Below are positions 45,478-54,658 of a stretch of DNA of 64,000 bases, piece after piece; position 1 is the stretch's first letter; each line of letters opens with the position of its first letter. This DNA is from Chthonomonadales bacterium. GTDB taxonomy: Bacteria; Armatimonadota; Chthonomonadetes; Chthonomonadales; Chthonomonadaceae. A program made the translations under genes and the position numbers. Under the pieces are notes generated by a model. The model saw only the letters and a program-made list of their open reading frames with translations, made no database searches and was not told the origin of the DNA. Location: positions 4,036 to 68,035 of the forward strand of contig JBBQPY010000005.1 of NCBI GenBank assembly GCA_038216735.1, given 5' to 3'.

Positions 45478-46452
45478 TCAGCGGACGCCGGTGAAGCGGT
45501 CGAGGCGGTTCAGGAAACGGTTGTTCTCGATTAAGGCCGAGAGAGATAGCTTTTCGGCGAGCAGGTGCAGTGCGATCAGTATCAGCAGTGCAAAAATCTG
45601 GAACGTGAACGGAACGAATCGCGCCGCAGTCGCCATACCGAGGCTCGCGCCGAGGAGGTTGCTGCCAACGTCACCGAGCATCACTTTGGCCTGCGCATCA
45701 CGGTTCCAGACGATCAGCGTCGGTATAACAATTATCAGCAGCGGCGGCGCACCTGCGGAACCCTGATATACGAAATTGAAAGACAGCGCAACGGCAGCCA
45801 GCAGAAACGCCGCTCCGGCGCGCCCCGGGCGCAGGTCGAGCAGGTTGACAGCGTTGGCGCCCAGCGTGATGAGTGCGGCGGCGAGCAGAGTTCGCCCACC
45901 GCTTTCGGGATAGACACAGTATGCAATATAGAATGCCAGTCCTGCCCCACCGACTGCTTTCATGAAGCCTGTCGTGACTTTGCGCTCGTATAACAGGGCA
46001 GCGAAATGCCCGCGCAGGCCTTTGATCTTTTTGTCGCCCCACGTATCATCGATCAGACCGAGCGCGCCGAAGCCGACTGTCAAAATAAGCCACTGCAGTG
46101 CTTCCGAGCGCCGCGCTGCAAACACGTATCCCGTCAGCGCGAAGAGGCTCCCCGCCCAGAGCAGGATCACCAGGCCATAGCTCTGCACGATGCGGTCACC
46201 ACGAAAATTAGCCTCTATACGCCCACAACGGCGCAGCAGCCAGCCGACAGCGGGGGGCAGTAAGAGAAGCAGAAACAACCCGATCAGCCCGAGGAAGAGA
46301 CCCTTCGCAGTCAGCATTCCTTCGTAGCGGAGCTTCCCCAGCCAGCCGATGCGCTGCCCGATTTTGCCGAGCAGCCGATCGGTAATATCGAACAGTCCCT
46401 GCAAACCGTCTCCCGGAAACGCTGCGCCGGGATCGCCACCGATCTCATCCAT
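45478..46452 (-). CDS. MraY/WecA-like (GT4-family polyprenyl-phosphate sugar-1-phosphate transferase) homologue with a degenerate Asp-rich catalytic motif.
   Basis: Polytopic (about 10 TM). GLIDDTWGD is the DDxxD-like motif. VMLGDVGSNLLG is the conserved MGD.GS..LG motif. The expected N..N..DG.DGL motif reads NAVNLLDLRPGRA, so the DGxDG residues are absent. Confidence 0.45.
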   Translation of the reverse strand: MDEIGGDPGAAFPGDGLQGLFDITDRLLGKIGQRIGWLGKLRYEGMLTAKGLFLGLIGLFLLLLLPPAVGWLLRRCGRIEANFRGDRIVQSYGLVILLWAGSLFALTGYVFAARRSEALQWLILTVGFGALGLIDDTWGDKKIKGLRGHFAALLYERKVTTGFMKAVGGAGLAFYIAYCVYPESGGRTLLAAALITLGANAVNLLDLRPGRAGAAFLLAAVALSFNFVYQGSAGAPPLLIIVIPTLIVWNRDAQAKVMLGDVGSNLLGASLGMATAARFVPFTFQIFALLILIALHLLAEKLSLSALIENNRFLNRLDRFTGVR

Positions 46453-46525
46453 TTCTATCGAACCTTATACGAAATACGAATTTGTATCCAGTCTGGAATT
46501 GCTCAGTTATCGAGCGAGAAAGCCT

Positions 46526-46565
46526 GGTCTGGAATTGCGAAACCCGCCCGCTCGGGCTGGGTCCC
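46526..46565. repeat. R1 dispersed repeat, copy c (plus a partial tandem GTCTGGAATTGC at 46491-46502).
   Basis: GGTCTGGAATTGCGAAACCCGCCCGCTCGGGCTGGGTCCC. Confidence 0.5.
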
Positions 46566-46576
46566 GATGGCGTTGT

Positions 46577-47401
46577 TCAGGAAGTGTGTACAGACGAGGA
46601 CGCCTCGGAAGCCATGCTGGAACCCTTGATATGGCGTATATCCCAGAGCGTCCTGGCGACCGCAATGAACTGCGATCCGCGATGCAGAATACCCGTCAAA
46701 TTGCGCCCTGTGACGCGATGTGTCATGGACGTCGGCACCTCTCGCACCTGATAATTTGCTCGCAGCGCACCGACAGTGAGCGCAACCTCCGCTCCCCATC
46801 CTGCTGCAAATCCATCAACATCCGCGATCAATTGACGACGCAGGGCGCGCTGACCTGAGAGGGGCGCGGTCATCGTTCTGCCCGTTAGCCACCGAATCCC
46901 CCATCGTGCCAATCTGACGACGAGTCCGACTCCGCCGCCTCTGCCTGCGCCCGTCGGGAACGTCGCGATCGTCATGCCCGCCGCGCCGCGGACAACTGGC
47001 TCCAGCAGCAGTGTGGCTTCGCTCGCCGAGTCGCCCAGATCCGCGTCGAGCAGCAGCAGTATCTCGCCCGTCGATAGAAGATATCCCGCCTGTAACGCCG
47101 CGCCTTTGCCCCGGTTCTCCTGCCGAAGAACCACATCCGCTCCCGCAGTTTCCGCCCTTTGCGCTGTATCATCACTCGAGCCATCATCGACGACAACGAT
47201 CTCCGTGACGTCGGGAATCAGCCTGACAGCGGCGATCGTCGCGCCGATGCGCTCCCCTTCGTTATAAGCGGGGATCAGAACGGAGACGGTATTCTGAGTC
47301 CCGAAAGACTGCGATGCCGTATTGGCTCCAGAGCCTGCTGCAGGAAGAGGATTTGGCTTGAACTCCATGTGTGATTTAGCGTTGATTTGAGGAGAGGTCA
47401 A
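46577..47401 (-). CDS. Family 2 glycosyltransferase (polyprenyl-phosphate hexosyltransferase-like, DPM1/GtrB-type).
   Basis: VSVLIPAYNEGERIGATIAAV...VTEIVVVDDGSSDDT...LRQENRGKGAALQAGY...LLLDADL. DxD-type motifs characteristic of GT2 (GT-A fold). The ATG overlaps the stop of the upstream SteB-like gene (ATGA). Confidence 0.75.
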   Translation of the reverse strand: MTSPQINAKSHMEFKPNPLPAAGSGANTASQSFGTQNTVSVLIPAYNEGERIGATIAAVRLIPDVTEIVVVDDGSSDDTAQRAETAGADVVLRQENRGKGAALQAGYLLSTGEILLLLDADLGDSASEATLLLEPVVRGAAGMTIATFPTGAGRGGGVGLVVRLARWGIRWLTGRTMTAPLSGQRALRRQLIADVDGFAAGWGAEVALTVGALRANYQVREVPTSMTHRVTGRNLTGILHRGSQFIAVARTLWDIRHIKGSSMASEASSSVHTS

Positions 47402-48318
47402 TTGGATCTCGCCGTCGGTACAGGCATCACCAGGTTTGCAGTTGGCTTGATTCCGTAGTCGTCTTTTGCACCCTGCAGTGCCCAGACGAGGGACCAGCGC
47501 CCGAGATAGGTATCTACGTTATCGACCGTTCCGATGCCGAGATTGGCATCATGATAGGCTTTGATATCGGATTGAGCAGCGTCGCGCGGTTCGCAGGCGA
47601 CGACCGTGAGACCCTGTGCCTGCAGCGCGGCAATCAGCGGAAGATCGACATTGCCGGTCCGAATCGAAGAATCGTCACGAGTGCCGCCGAGCAGCACGAC
47701 ATAACGCGCAGGGAGGGTATAGTCGCTGTCAGGCTCACTTCGCAGCAGACCTGCGCGTTCCAGATCGGGTATCAGAAGATGCGCTGGCGTATCACCTTTT
47801 GCAAGAATCGTCGCCAGTGTGTCGGCGAGCGCGGCGCGTGTGGTCGGAAATTTCATGCCGCTGCCAGCCGGAAGCGGTGTTTGTGCTGCGTCACGTGCCG
47901 ACGTCAGGGTCGTATTCAGCAGTTCGTCGGGCTGAGCGAAGGGGCGTTCGATAGTTGTCACTGAGGTAATACGAGCTCCCGCAGCACGCAGCGTTTCCAG
48001 TATGCCTGTGAGCGGCTCCGGGTAGTCTCCTGTCTGAACGATGGCGATCGGGACGTCCGTCAGAACGCTGCGTACTGCAGACGGCAACGCGACGGCGAGG
48101 AGTTTTTCGTCGCGATCCAGCTCGTCCTGACGCTGTTTTAATTCGACTTTTTTGTCGGCATTGTCCTTGATCAGAGTAGCGCGGATATTGTTAAGGGCAA
48201 GCGTCTGACGGTTCGCGACGCGAGGCGACAGGAACAGGCTGCCGATAACGATGCCCACCGTCAGCGCGAAGAAGATGGCGGATATCGTCACGACATGATA
48301 TTTGAATCCTGGTCCCAA
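47398..48318 (-). CDS. SteB/MctB-like protein (PF11382 'copper transporter MctB' family): N-terminal TM plus periplasmic domain.
   Basis: MGPGFKYHVVTISAIFFALTVGIVIGSLFLSPRVAN...LKQRQDELDRDEKLLAVA...AIVQTGDYP parallels the recalled mycobacterial Rv1698 N-terminus (MISLRQHAVSLAAVFLALAMGVVLGSGFFSDT...). Assigned from recalled architecture only. Confidence 0.5.
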   Translation of the reverse strand: MGPGFKYHVVTISAIFFALTVGIVIGSLFLSPRVANRQTLALNNIRATLIKDNADKKVELKQRQDELDRDEKLLAVALPSAVRSVLTDVPIAIVQTGDYPEPLTGILETLRAAGARITSVTTIERPFAQPDELLNTTLTSARDAAQTPLPAGSGMKFPTTRAALADTLATILAKGDTPAHLLIPDLERAGLLRSEPDSDYTLPARYVVLLGGTRDDSSIRTGNVDLPLIAALQAQGLTVVACEPRDAAQSDIKAYHDANLGIGTVDNVDTYLGRWSLVWALQGAKDDYGIKPTANLVMPVPTARSN

Positions 48319-48451
48319 AGCGCGGCTCCTGTTACCTCAGTATCTGCTGTAACTGCGTTTCCGTACAAGTGCACGAGGCGATTTGTTCGAAAAAACATAA
48401 CGATTTATCCTGCCTTCCGTTTCGTACTTACAGGCAGAACATCCGCATTCG

Positions 48452-48482
48452 CTCCCCTCTTACCGAAGCTTTGGGAGAGGGG
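48452..48482. repeat. R2 palindrome, copy b (CTCCCCTCTTACCGAAGCTTTGGGAGAGGGG).
   Basis: A near-perfect palindrome closely related to 8785-8816 (shared CTCCC.TCT..CCGAAGCTT.GGGAGAGGG), in the spacer between the SteB-like start and the small membrane-protein stop. Confidence 0.5.
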
Positions 48483-48506
48483 TTGAGGCTGGATATTTAC
48501 GAAAAC

Positions 48507-48893
48507 TTATTCGAGCATTTTCTTGCGAAGCGCTTTCATCGCTGCCTTTTGTAGTACCGGTGTGAGACTGCGTCCGATGCGTGGAGCAGCGTATCCTATG
48601 CCGATGGCGAGCGCGACCGCCCCCAGTTTGAGCAGGAAAGCGGGCAGGAAGAGTACGCCCACAATATAGAGCAGGATGCCGATGCCGCCACACAGCCGAC
48701 TCGCTTTTGGCAGGGAGCGCGACAGATCGAGCCCGCGCCGCACCTGCGGATCGGATTCGGCGACGAGATCGAGCATCGGGCGCGGTATACTGCTCAGAAA
48801 CGAATCGACGCTTTTGCGCCCGACATGCAGCAGCAGTCCGGCAAAGATTCCCGTCGTGCCCAGTATCAGCAGCAACAACCCTGCGATCAGCAT
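48507..48893 (-). CDS. Small hypothetical membrane protein (two or more TM helices).
   Basis: MLIAGLLLLILGTTGIFAGLLL and GIGILLYIVGVLFLPAFLLKLGAVALAIGIGYAAP. Located between the SteA-like and SteB-like genes. Confidence 0.4.
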   Translation of the reverse strand: MLIAGLLLLILGTTGIFAGLLLHVGRKSVDSFLSSIPRPMLDLVAESDPQVRRGLDLSRSLPKASRLCGGIGILLYIVGVLFLPAFLLKLGAVALAIGIGYAAPRIGRSLTPVLQKAAMKALRKKMLE

Positions 48894-48972
48894 CGTCTTT
48901 CCTTTTACTTTTGTACCGCGTTACTTTTGTACCGCGCTTGCGGCGGGATCAAAGAACGGATTGGATACACAA

Positions 48973-49425
48973 ATGGAACTCTTTACGATTGGCTACGAGG
49001 GACGAACGATCGAGCGTGTCCTCGAAACGTTGAGCGAAGCAGGTATCGAAATGCTGATCGATGTACGACAGCTGCCCCTGAGCCGCAAATCAGGTTTCTC
49101 TAAAAATGCGCTCGCCGCCAACGTCCAAAACAGCGGAATGTCTTACGTGCATATCTCCGCGCTCGGCTGCCCAAAAGTGATTCGCGACGCCTACCGGAGC
49201 GATCACGACTGGGAGAAATATACCCGCGATTTCCTCGCTTATCTGAGCACGCAGGATGCTGCGATCGCCGCCCTCGAAGAGCACGTTTCCGACTATCGAT
49301 GCTGCCTGCTCTGCTTTGAAGCAGATCCATTGCGCTGTCATCGTACCTACGTTGCGGAACGTGTCCGCGCTGCAATAGGTTCTGAGCTTTCCATCGTTCA
49401 CCTTGCAAATCCGAAAATCATTTAG
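48973..49425 (+). CDS. DUF488-family protein.
   Basis: MELFTIGYEGRTIERVLETLSEAGIEMLIDVRQLPLSRKSGFSKNALAANVQNSGMSYVHISALGCPKVIRDAYRSDHDWEKYTRDFLAYL...CCLLCFEADPLRCHRTYVAE matches the DUF488 pattern (TIGY.G......L.. GI..L.DVR..P.SR...F.K..L.......G..Y.....LG....R ... CCE....CHR). The six-frame ORF starts 99 codons upstream, but the family start is M100. Confidence 0.65.
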   Translation: MELFTIGYEGRTIERVLETLSEAGIEMLIDVRQLPLSRKSGFSKNALAANVQNSGMSYVHISALGCPKVIRDAYRSDHDWEKYTRDFLAYLSTQDAAIAALEEHVSDYRCCLLCFEADPLRCHRTYVAERVRAAIGSELSIVHLANPKII

Positions 49426-49562
49426 AACCGGCAATTGCGCCACTCCCTGAGCGAAAAGGTGTAGCAAGCCGCGCCCAGACAAATGCCCATGTGCTTGTTC
49501 TGCGCCCTGTATCGCTTACGCTAAGATCAAGCGAAGTGGAACGCTGCAACTTTGCGGATACG

Positions 49563-50723
49563 CTACCGATGAAAGTGCTGGCGGAACCAGATGCCGACGG
49601 TGTCCAGTCCGATGTCGATTGTGCCAAGCCAGTTTCTGCCGGGCTGCGAGAGAAAGAAAGTCGCGATGATCGGGGTCGCGGCGGCGAAGACGACGAGCGC
49701 GATCTCGCTGAATCGCGTTCGCTGGCTCGTCCAGAGCCGCGCAATGCCCTTCGCGTCGACCAGTTTCGAGCCGATACGCAGGCGCGTCAGGAACGTGCTC
49801 GCCATCCCTTTACGCCCTTTATCGAGAAAATCTTCGAGCGAGAAATGCGTGCCGACCGCCACGATCAGCCGTGCCCCTAGCTCGTCCGCAAGCAGCATGG
49901 CGACGTCTTCACTCATACCGGCAGCGTGGATTATGTGCGCCGTAAGCCCCAGTTCTTCAATACGAGCGAGGCCTGGAGCGCCGCGCTCGTCGCCTCTGAT
50001 ATAGCCGTGTACGATCAGTTCCGCTCCGCAGCGCAGGGCGGCGTCACTGACGCTGTCCATGTCGCCGAGGATCAGATCGGGACGCAGTTTCGCCTCGAGC
50101 AGCGCGTCCGCGCCGCCATCGACCGCCAACAGCACAGGGCGCATATCGCGCAGATAGGGCGCGAGCAATGCGAGGTCGTCCTTATACCCTTCGCCGCGCA
50201 CGACGATCAGGACATGCCGATCCGCAAAGCGCGTCTTGAGCGGAGGCACTTCCAGGGCGTCGAAAAGCAACGCCTTTTCGTTGTTCAGATACTCCAGCGT
50301 ATTGCGCGCAAAATGGTCGAGTTCGGTACCGAGATTGTTACGGGCGACATCCATCTGAACGGCGACTATTTCGGGCGTCAGGCGGGTTCCCGAGAGGCAG
50401 AAACCATCTGAAAAACGCAAGCAGTCCCCTTCGAGAAGTGCGGAACCGCTATCGGTTGCGGCTTCGAAACCCTCTTCTCCCACCGCGTCGATCAACGGAA
50501 TTCCCGCCGCCAGCAGCAGACTCGGTCCACGATTCGGATAGCGTCCGGTGATGCTAGGGGCGGCATTGATGACGGCAGCCACCTGGCAATCGATGAGTGA
50601 ACGCGCGGTCGTCGCATCGAGATCGGCATGGTGGATCAGCGCGATATCGCCGGGGCGCAGGCGGCGCGTCAGGTTCTTGGTGCGACGGTCTTTCAGGACA
50701 CGGCTGGCGTGGGCAGCAGCCAT
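49563..50723 (-). CDS. SteA-like putative cytokinetic-ring protein (thiamine-pyrophosphokinase-like domain plus C-terminal TM).
   Basis: RRLRPGDIALIHHADLDATTARSLIDCQVAAVINAAPSITGRYPNRGPSLLLAAGIPLIDAVGEE...VLIVVRGEGYKDDLALLAPYLRDMRPVLLAVDGGADALLEAKLRPDLILGDMDSVSDAALRCGAELIVH. C-terminal helix IALVVFAAATPIIATFFLS. Matches the recalled actinobacterial SteA architecture. Confidence 0.55.
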   Translation of the reverse strand: MAAAHASRVLKDRRTKNLTRRLRPGDIALIHHADLDATTARSLIDCQVAAVINAAPSITGRYPNRGPSLLLAAGIPLIDAVGEEGFEAATDSGSALLEGDCLRFSDGFCLSGTRLTPEIVAVQMDVARNNLGTELDHFARNTLEYLNNEKALLFDALEVPPLKTRFADRHVLIVVRGEGYKDDLALLAPYLRDMRPVLLAVDGGADALLEAKLRPDLILGDMDSVSDAALRCGAELIVHGYIRGDERGAPGLARIEELGLTAHIIHAAGMSEDVAMLLADELGARLIVAVGTHFSLEDFLDKGRKGMASTFLTRLRIGSKLVDAKGIARLWTSQRTRFSEIALVVFAAATPIIATFFLSQPGRNWLGTIDIGLDTVGIWFRQHFHR

Positions 50724-51043
50724 AAAATGTGTTTTCTCCGGCGTTCGCGTACCAAAAACGTTTGAAAAGATGAGCCCTGATCCCCCGACTCCTTTCTCCT
50801 GATGCGACGGGAGAAGGGAAAAGCAAAGCCACTACCTCGCTCTGCGATGGAGAGGAACATCTCGCCAAAATGATTGAAAAAGTCTGTTCTGTTGGTTTTC
50901 GTACTACTGTGCGGTATTATGCGGACAATACTATAGAAAAGTCAACAGAAGCAAAGTCAACACAAAGGTCAACGCCCCTTACTGACTGTACGCGAGCCAT
51001 GACGATGCCGTTTCGTATGTTTAGGCTGCTCTCCATTTTGGCA

Positions 51044-51096
51044 CGGGGCTGATGCTCTTACCTGAACTGCAAAGCCCGCCGGTGCGGGCTGATTAC
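51044..51096. repeat. R1 dispersed repeat, copy e (partial).
   Basis: ggggctgatgctcttaCCTGAACTGCAAAGCCCGCCGGTGCGGGCTGATTAC; hairpin agcccgc-cggt-gcgggct. Lies in the divergent spacer between the steA-like and folB genes. Confidence 0.45.
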
Positions 51097-51098
51097 AG

Positions 51099-51551
51099 TT
51101 GATTACAAAGGAAGCAGCGATCATTTTGAGTTTCCGGGAGGTGAAGGTGAAGGAAGAGGACGCAATACTGATCACGGCACTCGAGTTCTACGCTTATCAT
51201 GGCGCGACAGATGAAGAGCAGGTTATTGGGCATCGCTATACTGCAGACATCCGAATGTCCGTCGACTGCCGTCCTGCTGCTGCCAGTGATTCTGTCGCCG
51301 ACACGGTCAACTATGCCGAAGTAGCTGCGCTGCTTTTGGAGGTTGGAACGAGCGCGCAGTACCGGCTGCTCGAACGACTCTCCGACCGAATGCTGGCGGC
51401 GGTATTCGGTCGCTTTCCGACCGTGCAGGAGGCGACACTGCGCCTCCAGAAGATAAGCCCGCCTCTGCCCGCGATCGCCGCCTCGGTCGGCGTAGAGATC
51501 AGCCGCAGCCGTGCCGATTTTGCTTCAGACACGACATTACGGCTCATCTGA
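51099..51551 (+). CDS. folB: Dihydroneopterin aldolase family protein.
   Basis: ILITALEFYAYHGATDEEQVIGHRYTADIRMSVD......DTVNYAEVAALLLEV matches the FolB pattern (I.I..L.F.AYHGV..EE...GQ.F.VDL........D.L..TVNY). An approximately 20-aa N-terminal extension may reflect a downstream start (GTG about 51147). Confidence 0.65.
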   Translation: MITKEAAIILSFREVKVKEEDAILITALEFYAYHGATDEEQVIGHRYTADIRMSVDCRPAAASDSVADTVNYAEVAALLLEVGTSAQYRLLERLSDRMLAAVFGRFPTVQEATLRLQKISPPLPAIAASVGVEISRSRADFASDTTLRLI

Positions 51552-51599
51552 AGCGCAGAAGCGTGTCTTAGAAATCGGAATAACTGAGAGCGCAAAGCC

Positions 51600-52397
51600 T
51601 TGCCCCCGCAATGGACGCGCCACCTCATGGAAATAGTTGTGAACAATAACACCCTGACGACAATAGCGCAATGGCTCGATGCGGGACACGCGGCAGAGGT
51701 TCGCCCCGTTGTTAAGGATGCAACCGACACGTTGGCGTGGATGGCGACGGTCGAATCGAAAGAAGCGTTTCTGAAATTCTTCCCTGAATTGCTGGATGAA
51801 ACTCGCGTCGCGACCGAAATGGCTATCGCGGGAGCGAACTTGCATTCATCTATTGTTCCTTTGCGCCAGACCATTCCGCTTGCCAACGGCGTGCTGCTGA
51901 TTTATGACCGCGTTTCGGGCGAAAACCTGGGTTCAATGGACGTCCGTAAACGCTTTCAATTTCTCCCGCTTGCCGAACGAATTCAGGCGGTTCGTGCCAT
52001 CTTCGGGGCGCTAACCGCAATTTATGAAGCAGGTTTTATGATTGTAGACTGGTACGAAGGCAACCAGATATACGACTTTGAGCGGCGGCAGATGTGGCTT
52101 TTCGATTGGGAACTTTGCCGCAGAGGCGCCGGGTTCACTTTGGAAATGGACAATAATTACGGTTCATCACGGCTGATGGCTCCCGAAGAATACCTGCGCG
52201 GCAGTTTCCTGGATGAACGAACGCTCGTTTTCAATCTCGGACGCTACGCCTTGATGACGCTGCCGGAACTTGCGGAACCGCTTGCCTGCATTCTGTCCCG
52301 TGCGACGCACCCGTCTCGCGCCGCACGTTTCGCCACCCTACGTGAGTTAATGGAAACATTCGTTGCCAGCGCAAGGGCGGAATGTAATGTTAGGTAG
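51600..52397 (+). CDS. Hypothetical protein-kinase-like-fold phosphotransferase (APH/CotS/Kdo-kinase-like).
   Basis: IVDWYEGNQIY resembles a catalytic loop and LFDWELC a DFG-equivalent, but the canonical HGD/HRD..N is replaced. Assignment is tentative. Confidence 0.35.
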   Translation: MPPQWTRHLMEIVVNNNTLTTIAQWLDAGHAAEVRPVVKDATDTLAWMATVESKEAFLKFFPELLDETRVATEMAIAGANLHSSIVPLRQTIPLANGVLLIYDRVSGENLGSMDVRKRFQFLPLAERIQAVRAIFGALTAIYEAGFMIVDWYEGNQIYDFERRQMWLFDWELCRRGAGFTLEMDNNYGSSRLMAPEEYLRGSFLDERTLVFNLGRYALMTLPELAEPLACILSRATHPSRAARFATLRELMETFVASARAECNVR

Positions 52398-52436
52398 GGG
52401 TGAATAGCTACCATAAAAAGTGGAAAGGGGAGAGTC

Positions 52437-52910
52437 ATGAACACTGCTGGCGTCGACACTGTCGAAATCGGACCAGCGATTATGGGCGACTTGCCGGAAC
52501 TGTTGATGTTGTATCGTGACTTAAACCCGAGTGATCCCCTATTGACGGTGAATACTGCACTGGAAGGACACTGGCAGGCTATTCTCGCTAATCCCGATCT
52601 GTATTATGTGGTGGCCCGTTCCGACCAGCAGCTTGTTTCCACCTGCGCTCTCACTCTGGTTCCTAATCTGACGCGCTCCGCTCGCCCCTATGGTCTGATC
52701 GAAAACGTCGTGACCCATCCTGAATATCGCAAGCGGGGTATCGGAACACAGGTGCTGGAATATGCGCTTGGCATTGCGTGGGACCGCGGCTGCTACAAAG
52801 TCATGCTGATGACAGGCAGTAAGAATGAGGCAACGCTTCGCTTCTATGAGGGGGCCGGGTTTGTGCGCGGCGAGAAGACCGGGTTCGTAGCCCGACTGGC
52901 ACCGCCGTAA
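52437..52910 (+). CDS. GNAT family N-acetyltransferase.
   Basis: VVTHPEYRKRGIGTQVLEYALGIAWDRGCYKVMLMTGSKNEATLRFYEGAGF is the acetyl-CoA-binding motif (R-x-x-G-x-G). RBS AAAGGGGAGAG upstream. 157 aa. Confidence 0.75.
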   Translation: MNTAGVDTVEIGPAIMGDLPELLMLYRDLNPSDPLLTVNTALEGHWQAILANPDLYYVVARSDQQLVSTCALTLVPNLTRSARPYGLIENVVTHPEYRKRGIGTQVLEYALGIAWDRGCYKVMLMTGSKNEATLRFYEGAGFVRGEKTGFVARLAPP

Positions 52911-53213
52911 GGTTCAATCCCGTTTTTTCGTATCTGATCATCTACAACGAGACCATTGGCAGCATCGGGATCGGGCGCATGTTACATATCAGTCGCGAGA
53001 TAAGACTTTCCAGGCTTCCTGATGAGTATGAAACGAGGTACATAGGATATAGAGATGCGATACGTCAAAACTTCAGCTACGTCTCCAGCTAGCTTTCTCA
53101 ATTAGTCAGTAAAGACAAGTTTCTCAGTTGCGAAATGCATATTCCATCTTACTGTAAGCGACTTTCTCCTGCGTCCCAAGGACAAAACGCTGCTTAACAG
53201 AATATTAGTTACG

Positions 53214-54584
53214 ATGAAACAGACCACTCAGCTGCTGATCTGCGGTGCGATCGCTGCGGTCACCTGTGGCTGCGGGCGCCATAAGCCGCCGGGCAGTGAG
53301 GATGTGCCGCCCGGACTGACGCCCCGCGCCGGTATCTATGCAGATATAAACCCACGCTGGTCGCACGATGGCAACCGAATCGCATTTCTCCGCGCCACAC
53401 CCGACCGCCATCTTCAACTGCATATTACCGATGAGGACCTGGCGCGTCCGCTGCCGCTGCTCGACGACGAACTCGTGATGCCGGATCGCCCTTATAGCGC
53501 GAGCCTAGCGCGCTATTGCAGTCCAGACAGCCTCGCGTGGTCGCCCGACGATCGTAAGATCGCCTTTGAGCGTGTTGAATGGTTCACCTTCGCGGACGGG
53601 GAACGCCTGCCCGGGACCGGACTGTGGACGCTGGAACTGCGCACCGGGCGTGTCCAGCCACTCGCACTGCATAGTACTCCTTACACCGGTCTGTATTACT
53701 ATTTTCATACGCCGCAGTGGTCGCCTGATGGCCGCTATCTTGCTTTTGTTGGAGAAGGAATCAACGGACAGCGAACCGTGTTTACGCGCGCGATCGGCGC
53801 GCAGACAGCGGCGGACGCACAGCCTCGCTTCGACAACTACCAGGATAGCGACTGGTGCGTCTGGCAGCCGCGCATTGCGTCTTCATCGTCCGATCCAGAC
53901 GGGAGTACGCAGCAAATTGGGCTCGCTATGACTGGAGCAGGCTCTCATTCATCGACATTTTCTGCAATGGAAAACGATGCTCCGACGCTCACCTTTCGGC
54001 AGGGAATTCGTTTGCCTCTCATCGGCACGCCGACGGACACTTTGCGCCGTCTGCGTCCCGGCAGTCCGGAAAGAAAAGAAAGCGGCGAATTGTGGCGTAT
54101 TCGCTCTCGCGACTTTCGCAAAATGCTGCCTTCCGGCACCGATCCGGCACAGGGTATCTCGCCGCGCATCGGAAACCCTGTCTGGTCGCCGGACGGCAGT
54201 CGGCTCGTCTTTACACTGACACCCGATGCCAACGACTTTACGCGCTACGAACTCTGGACGATCGACCGTGACGGCGGCAACGCGCACTGTGTCAGTCCGC
54301 ACAATGGACACGGCTATGTGGCTCCGGTCTGGATCGGGAATCGTCTGCTCGGCGCACTCTCGCCGAAGGGCAGCCAATACGACGTGACAACGATCGATCC
54401 GGAAACAGGCACTATACAGACGCTCGGCATGATCGAGAGCGCGGACTGCGACTGGTCACCCGACCGGAGTCGTATCGTCTATGCGCTTCCTGCCAATGAC
54501 GTGCTGCCCACCGGCAGCGCAACGACCCTGCGTACCTTCGAGACACGCCTCGAAGTCCCGACTGCGATCGCCCGCCGCGACTGA
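53214..54584 (+). CDS. Lipoprotein with TolB-like WD40/PD40 beta-propeller repeats.
   Basis: Lipobox MKQTTQLLICGAIAAVTCGC. Repeated PD40-like blades: WSHDGNRIAF, LAWSPDDRKIAF, PQWSPDGRYLAF, PVWSPDGSRLVF, CDWSPDRSRIVY. Confidence 0.7.
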   Translation: MKQTTQLLICGAIAAVTCGCGRHKPPGSEDVPPGLTPRAGIYADINPRWSHDGNRIAFLRATPDRHLQLHITDEDLARPLPLLDDELVMPDRPYSASLARYCSPDSLAWSPDDRKIAFERVEWFTFADGERLPGTGLWTLELRTGRVQPLALHSTPYTGLYYYFHTPQWSPDGRYLAFVGEGINGQRTVFTRAIGAQTAADAQPRFDNYQDSDWCVWQPRIASSSSDPDGSTQQIGLAMTGAGSHSSTFSAMENDAPTLTFRQGIRLPLIGTPTDTLRRLRPGSPERKESGELWRIRSRDFRKMLPSGTDPAQGISPRIGNPVWSPDGSRLVFTLTPDANDFTRYELWTIDRDGGNAHCVSPHNGHGYVAPVWIGNRLLGALSPKGSQYDVTTIDPETGTIQTLGMIESADCDWSPDRSRIVYALPANDVLPTGSATTLRTFETRLEVPTAIARRD

Positions 54585-54658
54585 ATGGGGGATCGTCACA
54601 ACGCCTGGAAACAGGCATTCGACTTGAAAGTGGGGAAGTATAGGCATGGAGCAAGCGA

